Made by a program: the position numbers and the translations under genes. A stretch of 64,000 nucleotides of DNA from the human T2T-CHM13v2.0 reference genome, Homo sapiens. The notes under the pieces were generated by a model that ran no database searches, had not been told where the DNA came from, and saw nothing but the letters and a program-made list of their open reading frames with translations. The stretch is taken from the NCBI RefSeq assembly GCF_009914755.1, contig NC_060939.1. One strand, written 5' to 3'. Positions 12,705 to 27,615 of the stretch are shown here, piece by piece. Each line of letters starts with the position of its first letter. Within the stretch, counting starts at the first letter, position 1.

Positions 12705-13092
12705 AGAGAGAGAAAGAGATTTAAAACAATTGCAATTGGATCATGTGATTGTGGGGTCTGGCAAGTTTGAAGTCTGCAGGGCAGGCTGGCAGGCTGGAGA
12801 CCCAGGCAAAAGTATGTGTTATAGTCTTGAGTTGAAGGCAACCTGGTGGCAGAATTCCTTCCTCTTTGTAGGGTGGATATGTGGAGCTCAGTCTTTTCTC
12901 TGAAGCCACTGAACTGATTGGATGATAACAACCAGCATTATGGTGGGTAATGAGCTTTACTCAAAGTCTACTTGTTTAAAGGTTAATCACATCTTTAAAA
13001 AAAATACCTTCACAGCAACATCTAAACTGGTGTTTGAACAGACAGCTGGGTACCATAGCCTAGGCATTTGAAATATAAAATTAACCATCACA
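12705..13092 (-). mobile_element. MLT2 (ERVL) solo LTR, C/D-like
   Basis: GGCAGGCTGGAGACCCAGG...TTAACCATCACA, the reverse complement of the MLT2 5' start TGTGATGGTTAA. Confidence 0.8.
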
Positions 13093-13181
13093 AATATAAA
13101 GTACTAAGGTAAGAAACTCAGCTTAATATATGTAGAGATATATTTGCTACAACAAAACAAAAATAAAAATTTGTGCCTTAC

Positions 13182-13756
13182 TGTGCAGAAAAGAATTAAT
13201 GTAGCAAACCTGAGAATGCAATCTTTAGAAATGCCGCAATCCAAGTTTTGCCCTTGGCTGGTGTCTGAGAACCTGGCTGGTAAATAGTTCTCTATACTGA
13301 AATGAAATTTTCCCTAACTGATAAAAGTGGTTCACTGTTTATAGACTGTGCAGACAATATGGTTTATGATGAATACTTGCTTTCCTTATGGGTGTCTGAA
13401 ATGTTGGTACATGCTAGGCAGAGGGTAACTGCATAAGCAATCCCCAGAAAACACCTTGAGCACTGAGTAAGCTACTCCGGACACAACCATAACACACATG
13501 TTGATGCACTTTTGTGCAGCAACACAAAAGAAAGCTCTGTGGGACAAAAGAAAGCTTTATGTGGAAGCGAGAAAGCACGAGGAAATCTGCCCCTGGACTC
13601 CTCCAGACTGCACTTGTGTCTTTTTCCTTCATGATCCAGGTATATTATTACTTTATCACTGCAATAAATCTTAGCTGTGAGTACAATTATATGTTGAGTA
13701 TACTTTGTTCTACAGGATCTCCGAACATGGAGGTTGTCTTGAGGCCCTCCAACAGA
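13182..13756 (+). mobile_element. MER21-family solo LTR
   Basis: Starts TGTGCAGAAAAGAATTAA...; contains GCAATAAATCTTAGCTGTGAGTACAA near the 3' end. Confidence 0.7.
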
Positions 13757-13839
13757 CCTATCCTACAGATAGAGAATATATATATATATACACACACACA
13801 TACACACACTCACATACCCATAATAATTATTTGCTAAAA

Positions 13840-14500
13840 TATAATTTTAATTTTAGCATAATTTTAGATTTATAGAAAAGATTCAAATATAGTGCAGGGA
13901 GATCTCATAGACACTTCACCCACTTTCCCATATTGATAATATCTTACCTTATCATGGTACATTAGTCACAACTAATGAACAAACTTTGATACATTGCTCA
14001 ACTAAAACTTCACACTTTATTTGGATTTACAGTAATTAGTTTTCCCACAATGCTCTTTTTCTGTTTCAGGATTCTATCCAGGATATATTGAGTTTAATCG
14101 TCTCATCTCCTTAGTCCCCTCTGCTCTGTAAACATTTCCAGACCTTTCCTTGTTTTCCAGGAAGTATTGTTTTTCTGTTGCTTTGTTTTAGTTTTTTTGT
14201 AAACAATTTTGGGTTTCTTAATTATCTCTATGGTTTCTCTGTGTTTTACTTTGCAAATGCCTGGTTTTTAACTTTACTATAGCTTTCCTTTTATAATTTT
14301 CTTTGTGTTTACTCTGGTTTTATTTTCTAGCTTCCCCAATAGAAGTTTTAGCTCACTATTTCTCATTTTTTCTTGCTTTCTAAAATAAAAATTTAAGGAT
14401 ATAAATGCTCTTTTTTTATATCTACCATCCATATGGTATGTTTGGATAACTTCCTCGTATTTCTTTTCTAATTCAGTAATATTTTCTTCAACTGCTTGTA
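13840..14500 (-). mobile_element. Old L1M (L1MC-like) antisense fragments
   Basis: ATAATTTTAGATTTATAGAAAAG... 3'-end motif followed by T-rich ORF2-like sequence. Confidence 0.6.
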
Positions 14501-16340
14501 GTGTATGAGATATAGATACGGATGAAGATAATTTAATAAGAATTATTATATATGGGAGAAGGGATGGAAAAGAGTAAAGAGGATGGAATAAAAGCTGGAG
14601 TTATCTCACTCTACCTTGTGTGACAGGTTTTTCTTTGGAAATACGTAAATGATTCCAAAATTATAAAATAAACTTAAATCAAAATAAAATAAAAGTGATG
14701 CCTAAAATTCAAAAACAAAATAAAGCAAATGATTCTAACTTTATATAAATTTGCTGGCCTAAAAATATTATTTGATTATCCAAGCTTTATGAGTAACAAG
14801 TATTTAGTAATATTAAATACTAATTATAGAACTCTAGTATTTTTTGTAACAATGTTATTGTTTCTATAGCTAGATACATATAGATACATAATTTTAAGAT
14901 AAAGGAACTGTGTAATTACTTAAAAATATTTCAACTTAAGATTTCTAGTGCAAAGAAAGAGGAGAAACTATAAAATCAAATAAGTTAATACTATCTTAAA
15001 TTCAAATAGGAAATTTTCTTATGAACATATAATGTATTTTGGCTTTACAAAAATAAATTACTTTTTACTACCTTTGTCCGGTGAAATGGTCTACAATGAT
15101 AACAATATCCAATAGCAATAATAATAAGATTTCAAAATTGAAAATTAATTTCAGAATACTATTTTTCACTAAAAGGAACCAATAATTTTTGGTGAAATGA
15201 TTTATTCCAGATCTGGGACAGGAAATGAGCTTTACTTGATTTGTAAATCAATGTCTACATGATGTCCACATAATGGACATCTTTACAAAAAGAATCATAA
15301 AAGATCATATTTACCAGAAAATAAGAAAGTTTTAATGTATATTGGGGTTATGCTGTAAAAGGACATAGGCATCATTCTGAAAGACCTCCACTGGAAAAGA
15401 ATAAACAATTTGAGCATCAAAAAGAAGTTTGGTTATAAAAGATTCAAGATCATCATTTCTGAATTCATAGTGACACAAAAATACATCTCACTGATCACTT
15501 GAGGAAATTTTTAAGGCACAAATTCAGTATTTAAAAAACTGGTAGCAAAAAAATGGGGGCAGGGGAACACATGCATTTATCCTGCCTTTCCCATGCCAAT
15601 TAGGTTTCAGAGTAATTTAATAGTAGAGAAATACAAGCTTTTCTTTATAGAAAAATTCCACAGCTGACAAGAGCAGAAATAATGGAAGGATATCATCATT
15701 TTGCCATCCGTTAATATAATTATAAATCTAGACAATAATCCTTGGTGGCTACTAAAACTACTAGATGAAACACTAATGGAGAATTTAAAAATGGACGAAT
15801 TGAATTGACAACTCCTGAACCTATTGATAAATATTAACATCATAAAAGAGAGGCAACAAGATAATACGTGACTATTAAAGCAATGAAGTGTAGGCAAGTA
15901 TTTTTGAGAAAAAAAATCAAACATGAATCTCATTAAGTCTCTATCAAGGCCCAGTGTTTACAAAGGATAGAACGTGCTATATGACACCATATGGACAAAT
16001 TCAGAAGGTGAGAAACGTGACAGGAAAAAGGACTTGGTTTTTTCAACAAATAAATGTTCGAGGATAGTGGGGAAAGGAGTGAGAGAGAGAAAAAAAAAGA
16101 ATAAAAGAGAGAGACAGAGACTGAGAGGGGGAATTTTATAGGTTAAAATACACTCAAGAGACTTAGCAGTCAAATGTAGTATGTGGACATGATGTAGATA
16201 TTGATTTACAAACCAAATGAAGTAATTGATGGCACAATTGATATAATTTTACACTATATATTTTCAGTGTTGACATAAATGATTTATTTTTAAGTTGAAT
16301 ACAGGTGTTATGATTAATTTTTAAAAGTTTCTTCATGTCT
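14500..16340 (+). mobile_element. Old L1M (L1MC/MD-like) 3' region
   Basis: A-rich degenerate L1 3'UTR motifs, e.g. GAGACTTAGCAGTCAAATGTAGTATGTGGAC. Confidence 0.55.
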
Positions 16341-16474
16341 GTCACTTGAATGTGAAATGGCTTTTAAAAATGCAGCCTTAGAATTATTAAGTTTGTGAAA
16401 TTCTTTCACATACTCCTTGGATCCCCAAAACTAATGGGTTATGCAGGGAAGGTATTATTAGCCTTTATTTTTCT

Positions 16475-16891
<417 letters not shown>

Positions 16892-17139
16892 TAGCCTTTA
16901 TTTTTCTAAAGACAAAAGGAAACTTAAAAAATATTAAATATCATACCGCAACACCTTCTAGAAAGTGGAAGAGCCAAGTCCTCTAGTGCTAGGTATCATG
17001 CCCCAGCAGTTTACTATTTCAGGCTGCCCATGCTTACACATTAGCAAAAAGCAGAAGAAAATAGTCACAGCTTAGGATTCTCCAAGCTCTTTTTTTAATC
17101 AAATGTGCACAATTTCATTTAACACAATCAGATAAAACA

Positions 17140-17185
17140 CAGACACACACACCACACCAGATACACACACACACACACACACACA
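17140..17185. repeat. Interrupted (CA)n microsatellite
   Basis: Directly visible in the sequence. Confidence 0.9.
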
Positions 17186-19006
17186 TATACTGGGAGATGA
17201 CATAAATTCCATGTCCTCTTACTACTTAATCTATGCCCAATATCAAAAATTTTCCCTTGCACATTTTTTGGACACAATTTAGGAAACAGCGCAAACACCA
17301 AATAACTCGATTGCTTAGCTACCTTGATTTTAACATTAACAAAGAAGCATTCAGTAATTCAAGCAAATAATAAGGTGTTTAACATTAAGGTACTTGATGT
17401 TTTCTATTACATAGATTATAGTGTCCCCATAATCTAACAAACGAATCAAATTTTACTATCTCATCTTTGAATTCCACATATTTTTTCAATTTTGCCTGAT
17501 TCACTACCCATTTTTATGCAAACATAATCTTAAGGGTTAAATATTATTTCAAAAAAATTTCTAAATATTCTCTCATTTGGCAAATATTTATTTCCTATAT
17601 TTTTGTATTATGGATAAGCTTTGATCTATACTCATGCACATAAGATTTTATGTGAATTGTGAGCTAATTCTTCAGGATTGCTTTCCAAAGTGGATTTAAT
17701 GGATCAAAGGAGTTTTAATGCTCTTGATAATATTGCCAAAATGCTTTCCAAAAATGTTGTACCAAGTTGCATGACTGCCAGCAATGCACCTCTCCACACC
17801 CTCTGCAGCAGAGACCCTGCAGATTGCTAAACTTAAGTGAACTTGACTAGCATCTCTTCTGGGCTTTCATCCTGAAACATATCTGGTCTTGCATTGTGTG
17901 TTGAGCAAGAGTGAAAGGAGGGAACAAACTTGAAGTATTTCTTCCCCTTGGGCTGCTTTCCACAGTCCATTTTTATGCAGTGGCATTGCCCAGAAATGGT
18001 TTCATTCAACACTACCCCCGTTTTAATGCATAAAGTCATGAGTTCCTCTGCTTTTTAATCCCCTTAATTCTTCTGATTTGCTAGCTGGTTGAAAACAAAA
18101 GGAATAAATAGCTGGCACACAGGAAGCAATGTGTGTTTCAAATGAAGCTTCTTCTTTGTAAAGCTAGGTGATTACAGGCTTGGCTCAACCTACCTTCATT
18201 CCAAATGGTTCCGTGCATGGCTGCAGTGGTGTCTGGTTCAATGACCACCTTGTCTGGGCTGCTGGTGAGAATCAAGCTTAGTTCTGAGCTGCTATTTCAG
18301 GCATTATTTAGAATTTGATAATCAAAGAATTGAAACAATGTGCAAATCAAAGACCTCTTTCCTTTAGAAAGCCAAGAGCTGATTTGCATTTTCTCCTGCC
18401 TCTTTCCTATTTCTAACGACTTGGAAAGTTGAAACATGCTCAGTGCTTTGAAAAAGAGGCATGGATCTTGAAAACATAGTGTAACCTGAGAGAAATAGGA
18501 TAGCATGTATTTTAACCTTTCATCTCCTTTTTCTATTTTTTTTTAACCTTTGCTAAGAATCTTTGAAGACCTTACTAAAAATTTAAAGCAGGGATACAAG
18601 ACACAGAACTTCCATTGAGGCTAGATCTATAGCAGTAACCAACAAACTTCAAGGCTTGGGTCACCACATGGAGTCATGCATCCAATCATTCATTCATTTA
18701 TGCAGTAGCCATCTATTTTTCGTTATTTGTCATCACTATGCTAGTTATTAATGATTCAAGACTACAAACAGTACAATTCTTGTTCCCCAAAATGTCAAAG
18801 TCAAGGAAAAGACTGACCCATTTATAATTAACTCTAATATAGAACCTTCCAGCAGGACAAACAGCTTTGACTCCTGCCACTTGTGAAAAACATAATAAAA
18901 ATCAAACAACATAAAAATGTCCAGCATATTACAAACCACCATTAGCATCTTAGCTATATATGTGCAATGCCAATTTTTGTGTATTTTATCAAAAATGGCC
19001 TTGAAC

Positions 19007-19585
19007 TGTTATAGGACCACCAGGTTTGATGGCTTACAGCATGATAACAGACCAATACACTGAAACAGCAAGAGTTGCAGTAGAGAAATAGTTTAATAAT
19101 CATAGGGCAACCAAAGAAGGGAACTGAAGGGAACCTCAAATCTGCTTCCCTGAGGGGTTTTGGATGGGCATATTTAAGGAAATTTTGGAGAATAGTGGGC
19201 TGAGGAATTGGGATCACTGATTGGTTAGGGCATGGGGAATGAAATGATAAGAATGTAGAACCTACATTCTTGTGCTGAGTCTGTTCCTACATGGGGTATT
19301 CAGCCCTACTGGCTTCAGTGGAACCACTGGAATGCAGAATCCAGAAGATTTCTCAAATGGAAAACTTGAGATTTCTTAATGTTAAAGATGTTATCTGTAA
19401 AAGCAATTAAGGGAAGTTAAGACCTTGTGACAGGGACTATGTGACTTTTAAGCAGTAAGCAGCTATTTTAAAAAGTGGGTTCATAGGGCAAGCTAGATAA
19501 TGCTTAGCTATGGTTCTACTCAAAGCTCATGCTTTTGATAGAAACCCAGCAGTTTCTTTTTATTAATTTTATAAGGAATGTTTCA
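19007..19585 (-). mobile_element. ERV1-class (MER4-group-like) solo LTR
   Basis: TG...CA termini (TGTTATAGG / GTTTCA). Minus-strand CCAAT, TATA-like and ATTAAA motifs occur in LTR order. Confidence 0.7.
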
Positions 19586-20225
19586 CCATCTGCAGTAAAT
19601 AATTTTTTTAATGAGCTTTTTTTCTTTTTTTTTTTCTTCTATGTTATTCCCAGGACAGACCATTAAAATTTTCTGAGTCCTCTTTTTTGGTAAATGTCAC
19701 AAAAGTACCTAATACAGGTTTGTTTATTATGATGACTCTGAATATCAGGACATCATGACTCACAGATGGTGAAAGGTGTCATATCCCTTTGACTTACTCA
19801 GTTTGGGCATGGTCATATAAACACCTTGGCCTCATTTTTCTGTGTTAGAAATTAGGTTGTCAATTGTTGGCCTTGGAAACTGAGCAGCAGGAGCATCTCC
19901 AGCCATGGAGATTTTTCTTTCTGTGAGGGGTAGGGCTGGTATGGCCACAGTTCTCTCCTACTTACTGTTTTACTGGGTAACAACTTTTGAATAATTTTAT
20001 TCCCTTGTTAGATCTTTGCTATGGCCCAAGAACTCTAGGAATATTTACAAAAATAAAGGATCTTTCTTACCTTTCAAAAATGATCCATGGTGCAGTTTGA
20101 AGAGTTGTGGCTAGAATGAGCTTCATGATGTCCCTTAACATTTTTATTCATCATAATATGTTCAAGGCTTAATGAGATCTGGCACATGGTAGATATATAA
20201 TCAGTGTTTTAAAAATGAGTAATGA

Positions 20226-20667
<442 letters not shown>

Positions 20668-23600
20668 TCAAAAAAGCAAAGACTTTTTAAATATCTCACT
20701 CTCCTTGACCAAGGCCCTAATAAATATTTGGAATAATACATTCTCTTTTCACAGTGGCCTTTTGTTTTAGATAGTCCTGGTTTTTAGTGTCTTGGTAAAA
20801 ATAAATTCTTTATATTTTTAAATGATAAAAAAAAACTAGAATCATCATGGAATAAACATTTCCAGGCATGTTGATCTATCTGTTCTTGACAAAACCAAGG
20901 TCTTTCTTGACTTTGAGACTTATCTTTATATTTCTCTCCATTTGGAATATGTCCCTTTCTTATTAATGTGGTTGGCTCCTGCTGTTCATGCAAGTCTCTA
21001 CTCAACTGTAATGTCTTCCCAGAAAGTAACTATTTAATCAGGTATCCACCCAATTTATAGCCCAATCATTTCCCAAATCTGTATCGTTAATGTGAATTAT
21101 TCATATAAGTCACCTCTTTCATTTATTGCTAAATTCCCAGTCCCTGGCACAGTACATGACAAATAGCAGAAAACAATAATTATTTAACAAATCAATGAAT
21201 GAATGAATAATTTAAAATATACATTAGATGACTTAAATATCTCTTTCTACTTTTAGATTTCTTGACAACCTGGTGTACCAGGTACTACCATTTGACTTTT
21301 CTACTTAAAAATGTCACAGTGTGTGGACATCAACATTTATGGACTTTATGTGAAAGCCAAAAGGTAGTGGCCTGTGATAATCAAAAGGAGATTGCTTACT
21401 TATAGGCTGGGAACCAGAGAAGGAACATGAATTGCTGCCCATTTTACCAAATCTGAGAAAGATGATTGGTGAAAAATTGCCCTCATTCAGAAGACTGCAC
21501 TGATCAGCAAGATTTACTGACTGCCGTTAGGAGTCTGAAGTGGAAATTCTTACAAACAATAACAGATTGATAATGAAATATTGATCGGGGATGCACATTG
21601 CAGAGCAATTTTGTCCATTTCCTTATGGAAGCTCAAGCCTTCACAGGCTTCAGGGAGGTCCCTGGCTGGCATCTTCAGCCCTAGCATTTCCTTCTTTAGA
21701 GGTTGATTATGATGCTTATTTTGTGCTGGCCAGAAGGTATGACTATTTCTAATTTTCTTGAGGCCTTTAGGACATCTCTTTTTTTCCTCCACTTTCTCAT
21801 CCTCTTTTCTTATATAGGCTTTGAAAATGAAATAGCGTGGCTTAGAAAAACCTTGTGCAGAGCAAACTTTGAAATCAATCAATCAGGCTGGCCCAGCAGC
21901 AGTGGCTGTAGTTCAGGGATGACTCTGCCAGACAGCTCAGCCATTACTTACATCTGAGATAACTTCCTCTGCTTCCTCTCCCACTCCATGCCTATCCAAA
22001 CATTGGACAGATGGAGTATGTTTGCACAATGTCAGATGGTACTGCCTTTTGGCTAGAGTGCTAATCAGAAAGCCCTGGTGTTGCAAATCCTGCTTCTTTT
22101 TTTTTCTTTCTTAGAACTGATAATTCACAGGCATCAGAAATAGATGCTATCAATAACCATCTTCTTCACTTTTTTTTCAGTCTTTTGCCTCTGTTGACAC
22201 CTGGAAAATTTGTCATCTAAGAATAATGAGATGCATTCTTAGGAGTCAGTGCAAGATGTAATAAAGTATTCTGGTCTTAGAGTCACAAAATGTGCTATTG
22301 GAACCTGATTTTGTCTCTTGTTAGCTTAAAAACCTCTCCTAGCATAATAGAAAGAGCAAGGATTGGGGTCTTATAGTCCTGGTTTTAAATAGTACTGGTA
22401 CTTACTAACTGAGATAAATTTCCTATCTCTGAGATAATTTTCTAGACTTAAAAATAAAGTTATAATTTCCACATAGAAATATTTCTTTAAAAATTTAGAT
22501 TCCAGTGGAATATTATTTGAGGACTTTCACTGTGTCTCAATTTTCTAATCTGTAAAAGAGGGAACAGTGGTTGACTACAACCTTCCACATCCTACCTGAA
22601 AGGAGAAGTCACTTTCCTACTCCACAGAACCACCTATTAGAACACAAGCCTGTGCTATGCCCTAAGAAGCTATACCCACACAAAGGATAGTGATTGTCTT
22701 CACCAGGTGGTTTTTAAAACTGAGAAATTAGCCATGTTTCAAGCTATTATTTATGTAGACAAAGAGTGTCAAACTGGTGAAATGAACCAGCCATATGAAC
22801 AAAGTTGAAAACCAACTATAAATTAAACTGGAGCTCTTCCTGAATTGAGAAAATCTAAATATATGACTCATAGGGCTGCATCTCCACAAAGCTCAGAAAG
22901 GAATGGTTTTGGAGGCAAAGTGGATAGTGCAAAAGGCAGGACTGACAGGGAGATGGAATCTGAAACGCTTAATGGGGATGAGAGTAGCTCACCAAAAATG
23001 TGTAGCAGCACCCACCATTAAATGAACGTGGTGTTAGAGCTAAGCTAATCCTTACTTGCTCTGTTTGAAAAATGCATTCTCCCAATTCCCTGAAGTCTAT
23101 AGGGTCATATCATAAGCATACTGTTATAATTACTCTTTATGTTCTTACTAAGATTGCCCCCCCCCAAAGCTTTGACATTTCTGTCTAAAAATTGCATTTT
23201 TAGCTCATTTCGGGTAACATGCAATAGGTCACAACAGACCAATGTTTCTACTGCAATGACCAAGGGGAAAAAAGATAAATTGCAAGACATATTTTAAAAT
23301 GCATTGGAGAGCTATTGAAGCAACAGAAATTAGATCAACTAAAATTCAAGAAAGGGAAGAGTTCTGTTTTGGTGAGCAGATCACCAAATGTTTACCTCCC
23401 CAGGGTCATTTTCTGATTCTGTGTATAAGCCAGATCATGATAAACAGATGCTACTGGGAGGAAAGAAACTAGTGGGAATCATGGTGGTTGTATGGCACTG
23501 GTTTAATGGATTGAAAGCCAGAAGGGTCCCAAAACATGGTCAGTTTTTCTCATGGGTAAGTCATTGAATTTTGGTGGGAAGGGATACTAGAAATATCATC

Positions 23601-23983
23601 TGTCTTCTAAAAGACAGAATGAAATCACCCACATAATAAAAAAGGCGTACAATATTATGTCTTCTAAGATGAAGAAGATATTATAAGATTGTGGCTGCCT
23701 AGGTAAGTTACACAAACACATGGTCCCCACCTCAAGATATTTGCTAATTTAACAACTGTGAGATGCCAGTCCAGATGAAAGTGTAGGAAAACAGACTCAA
23801 TTTCTTGAAAAAAGAAACTTCAGATTTGCATTGCAAAGGATATAAATGCATGGAACAGTGGCAACTTGAGACCATGTTTGCATTCAATCTACCACAGATC
23901 AGTTTAACATCTGGATACAATAGAAGACAGCATCAGTGAACATGAAGGCAGACCAATTGAAAATATTAAAAGTGTAGTAGAGA

Positions 23984-24975
23984 TAGAAGAAAACATAGGT
24001 GAAATGCTTCAGGACACTGGTCTGGAAAAATATTTTATAACTAAAACCTCAAAAGCACAGGCAACAAAAGCAAAAATAAACAAAAGGGATTATGTTAAAC
24101 TACAAAGCTTCTACACAGAAATGGAGACTATCAACAGAGTGAAAAGCTAACCTACAGAGTCGCAGAAAATATTTGCAAACTACTCATCTGACTGAGAATT
24201 AATATGCAGAATGTACCAGGAGCTCAAACATCAAAACAGCAAGAAAACAAAGAATCTGATTTAAATATAGGCAAATGATCTGAACAGACATTTCCCAAAA
24301 GAAGACATATAAATGGCTAACAAATATATGAAAAAATTCTTAACATTACTAATCATCAGAGAAATGCAAATTAAAACCCAAATGAAGTATCATCTCATCC
24401 CAGTAAGGATGGCTACTATAAGAAAGACAAAAAAATAACAAATGCTGGCAAGGATGCAGGGGAAAGGAAACTCTTATTTACATTGGTGGGGATGTAAACT
24501 AAAACTAGTACAGCTACTATGAAGAACATGATAGAAGTTCTTCAATAAAGTATTAATAAAAGTACTGCATGATCCAGTAATCCCATTACTAAGAATTTAT
24601 CCAGAGGAAAGGAAATCAGTATATCAAAGAGACATCTGCACCCTTATATTCAATGCAGCATTATTCATAATAGTCATGATTTGGAATCAATCTAAGTGTA
24701 CAACAGATGAATGGATTTTAAATTGTGGTATATACACATAGTGGAAGACTATTCAGCCATAATAAAGATGGAAGCCCTGTCATTTGCAGCAACATGAATG
24801 GAACCGGAGGACATTAAGTGAGGTAAACCAGGGACAGAAAGTTGAACACCACATGTTCTCATTCATATGTGGAAGCTAAAAAATGGTTGATTTCATAAAA
24901 GTAAAAAGTAGAACAGAGGATAATAGCGGCTGGGAAGGGGAAAGGGAAGGGAGGGATAGGGAGAGACTTGTTCAA
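23984..24975 (+). mobile_element. L1MA-type (L1MA3-like) ORF2 end/3'UTR fragment lacking its own poly-A end
   Basis: TAGAAGAAAACATAGG...GGAAAGGAAATCAGTATATCAAAGAGACATCTGCAC...GGGATAGGGAGAGACTTGTT. Confidence 0.9.
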
Positions 24976-25269
24976 ACCCAAGACTTAGTTACGAAAAAAG
25001 CTGTCACCTGAGGTATGCAATACTATGTAGTGAACCATAGTGTCCTAACACCATTCTGTAGTATAAAATTAGTTACTGAGTTTATAATCTCTGAATCTCC
25101 TGGCATTGGTGTGGTATATAGAAGAGTCACTTTGCATTTCTATCGATATGAGATTTTGAGATTATATCACAGGATAAATACTGCTCAAGTAATTACATCT
25201 TGAAGGGAGTCACTTCTTAATTGAGGACACTTCTGATATTTTTTTGCTTAGGAGTTTAGAATTCATTCT

Positions 25270-25480
25270 AATGAGGTTTGGTCTATTGGACAGCATATTA
25301 AGTTAAAAGTTCCTAGCTCAATAATCAATTTGATGCATGGTGATCAGCATACTGGTTACATTTCTCAGTCCTCAGTGTCCTCACCTGTAAAAAAGGAATA
25401 ATGACATCTACCTTTTCACCCTTCAAAATTGATATAAGGAGCAAACGTGATAATATATTAAAATAATTTGAAAAGAAAAA
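25270..25480 (+). mobile_element. MIR-family fragment
   Basis: CCTCAGTGTCCTCACCTGTAAAAAAGGAATAATGACATCTACC core. Confidence 0.7.
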
Positions 25481-25802
25481 CAAAGCGCAGTACAGAAAAA
25501 AATGATTAAAAAAAAGAACAGACTAGAAGACATATGTGGGACACACTGAAACGGTCTGACTGTGTATTTTAGAGTCTCAGAAGGGGAAGAAAGAGAGCAG
25601 AATAATATTTAAGCAGACAATTATTAATAATTTTTTAATTATGAAAGTTATACTTATTCTCAAAAAAACAACAAATATCAAGCAGAATAAAGGTAAAGAA
25701 CATCATATCAAATAATTTTATTGTCAAACTGCTGAACACCAAAGGCAAAGAGAAAGTGCCTTTGTGTACACTAGCAATGAACTAGTTATAACATATACAT
25801 AT

Positions 25803-26082
25803 ATTTTATTTTACTTTAAGTTCTGGGATACACGTGCAGAACGTGTACGTTTGTTACGTAGGTATCCACGTGCCATGGTGGTTTGCTGCACCTATCAACC
25901 TATCATCTAGGTTTTAAGCTCCGCACCCTCATGCATTAGGTATTTGTCCTAATGCTCTCCCTCCCCTTTCCTCCCACCCCTGAGAGGCCCCGGCGTGTGA
26001 TGTTCCCCTTCCTGTGTCCATGTGTTCTCATTGTTCAACTCCCACTTATGAGTGAGAACATGAGAGGTGTTTGGTTTTCTGT
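25803..26082 (-). mobile_element. L1PA (L1PA7/8-like) 3' end
   Basis: TTTTACTTTAAGTTCTGGGATACACGTGCAGAACGTG...; short ATATTTT flank repeat followed by AA. Confidence 0.92.
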
Positions 26083-27107
26083 AGGACATATTTTAATACC
26101 ATTTACTATAGCATCAAATTTTAAATATCTAGAAGTAAATCCAACAAAATATGGGCAAGATATTTAAATTAACATTTAAAAATATTGCTGTGATAAATTA
26201 AAAAGGCAAAGAGATAAATTGTTTTTATGGATTGGAAGCCTAAATGTTGTTAAGATTTCTATTTTCCCCAAATAGATCTCTAAAATTAATACAATTCCAA
26301 TCAATATCTCAGACCATATATGCATGGAGGTGTATAAATTGACAAGTTAATTCTAAAGGTATATAAAAATGTAAACGACGTAGGATAAATGGACAATTGT
26401 AAAGAAGAAAACAAAGCTTATGGACTGAGACTGTCAAATACTACTGAAATACTGTAACTATTAACACAGTGATGTATTAGTGCAAATAAAGACAAATCTC
26501 CCAATGGAACAGAAAGTCTAGAAGCAGACTCACACATATTCAGTCACCTGCTTTGCAGTAGATGTACCAGTGCAATTTTGTGAATAAATGGTGGTCTTTT
26601 CCATAAATAATAGGGAGCAGTTAGACTCCATATTGGACAACTAATAAGAAAAAAATAATGAAACTTGACCACTACATTATACAATAGAGAAATTTTATAA
26701 TCAACTGTTCAAGATAAATTATAGACCTAAATATTGAAGAAAGCATAGAAGATTCTTTGTGTGTCAAGTAGAGAAATTTTCTTAAACACAGCAGAAAAAG
26801 CACTAACCTTAAGCCAATAATTGATTAATTGCACTTCAATAATATTAAAAACTTCGAATTATCCAAATACACCATTAAAAATTTAAAAAGGCAAGCCATA
26901 AACTGGATGAAGATATTTCCAGTACATATATTCCACAAAAGACTAGAATAAAGAATATAATAACAAGATAAAATGCCCATTTAAAAAAATGGACAAAATA
27001 ATTTAATGGGCAATTAACAAAATAAAGTATTCAAATGGTCAATGAGCATATATAGAGGAGTTCAAACCATCAGCCTTTAAGGAAATGCAAATCAAAACTA
27101 CATTGCA

Positions 27108-27412
27108 AGCCAGGTTTGGTGGCTCACACCTCTAATCCCAGCACTTTGAGAGGCTATGGCAGGAGGATTGCTTGAGCCCAGAAGTTCAAAACCAGCCTGG
27201 GCAACATAAGTGAGACCTCATCTCTGTATTAAAAAAAAAAATTAGCTGGGTATGTTGATGCATGCTTGTACTCCCAGCTACTCAGGAGGCTGAGATAGGA
27301 GGATCACTTGAGCCCAGGTTGTCGAGGCTGCACTGAGCTGTGCTTGCACCACTGCACTCCGGTCTGGGTGACAGAGTGAGAAACTGTCTCAAAAAAAAAT
27401 AAAAATAAAAAC
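27108..27412 (+). mobile_element. AluJ-type SINE
   Basis: Full dimer. TSD AAAACTACATTGCA / AAAACTACAATGCA. Confidence 0.95.
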
Positions 27413-27429
27413 AAAACTACAATGCAGAA

Positions 27430-27615
27430 AGCTGGGCACCATGGTGTGTACATGTAGTTCCAGCCACTCTGGAGGCTGAGGCAGGAAGATTGTTTGAGCC
27501 CAGGAGTTCCAGCGTGTCAGTGCATTATGAGCACAATGATCATGCCTGTGAATAAACCCTGCACTCCAGCCTGGGTAATATAATGAGACCCAGTTTATAA
27601 AAAAATAAAAATAAA
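27430..27615 (+). mobile_element. FAM-type Alu monomer
   Basis: Single monomer with 7SL-like ATGCCTGTGAATA..CTGCACTCCAGCC and an A-tail. Confidence 0.8.

Noticed and set aside
12485-12931. SL/YI-repeat ORFs
   Set aside because: Translation of the (TC)n(AT)n microsatellite and MLT2.
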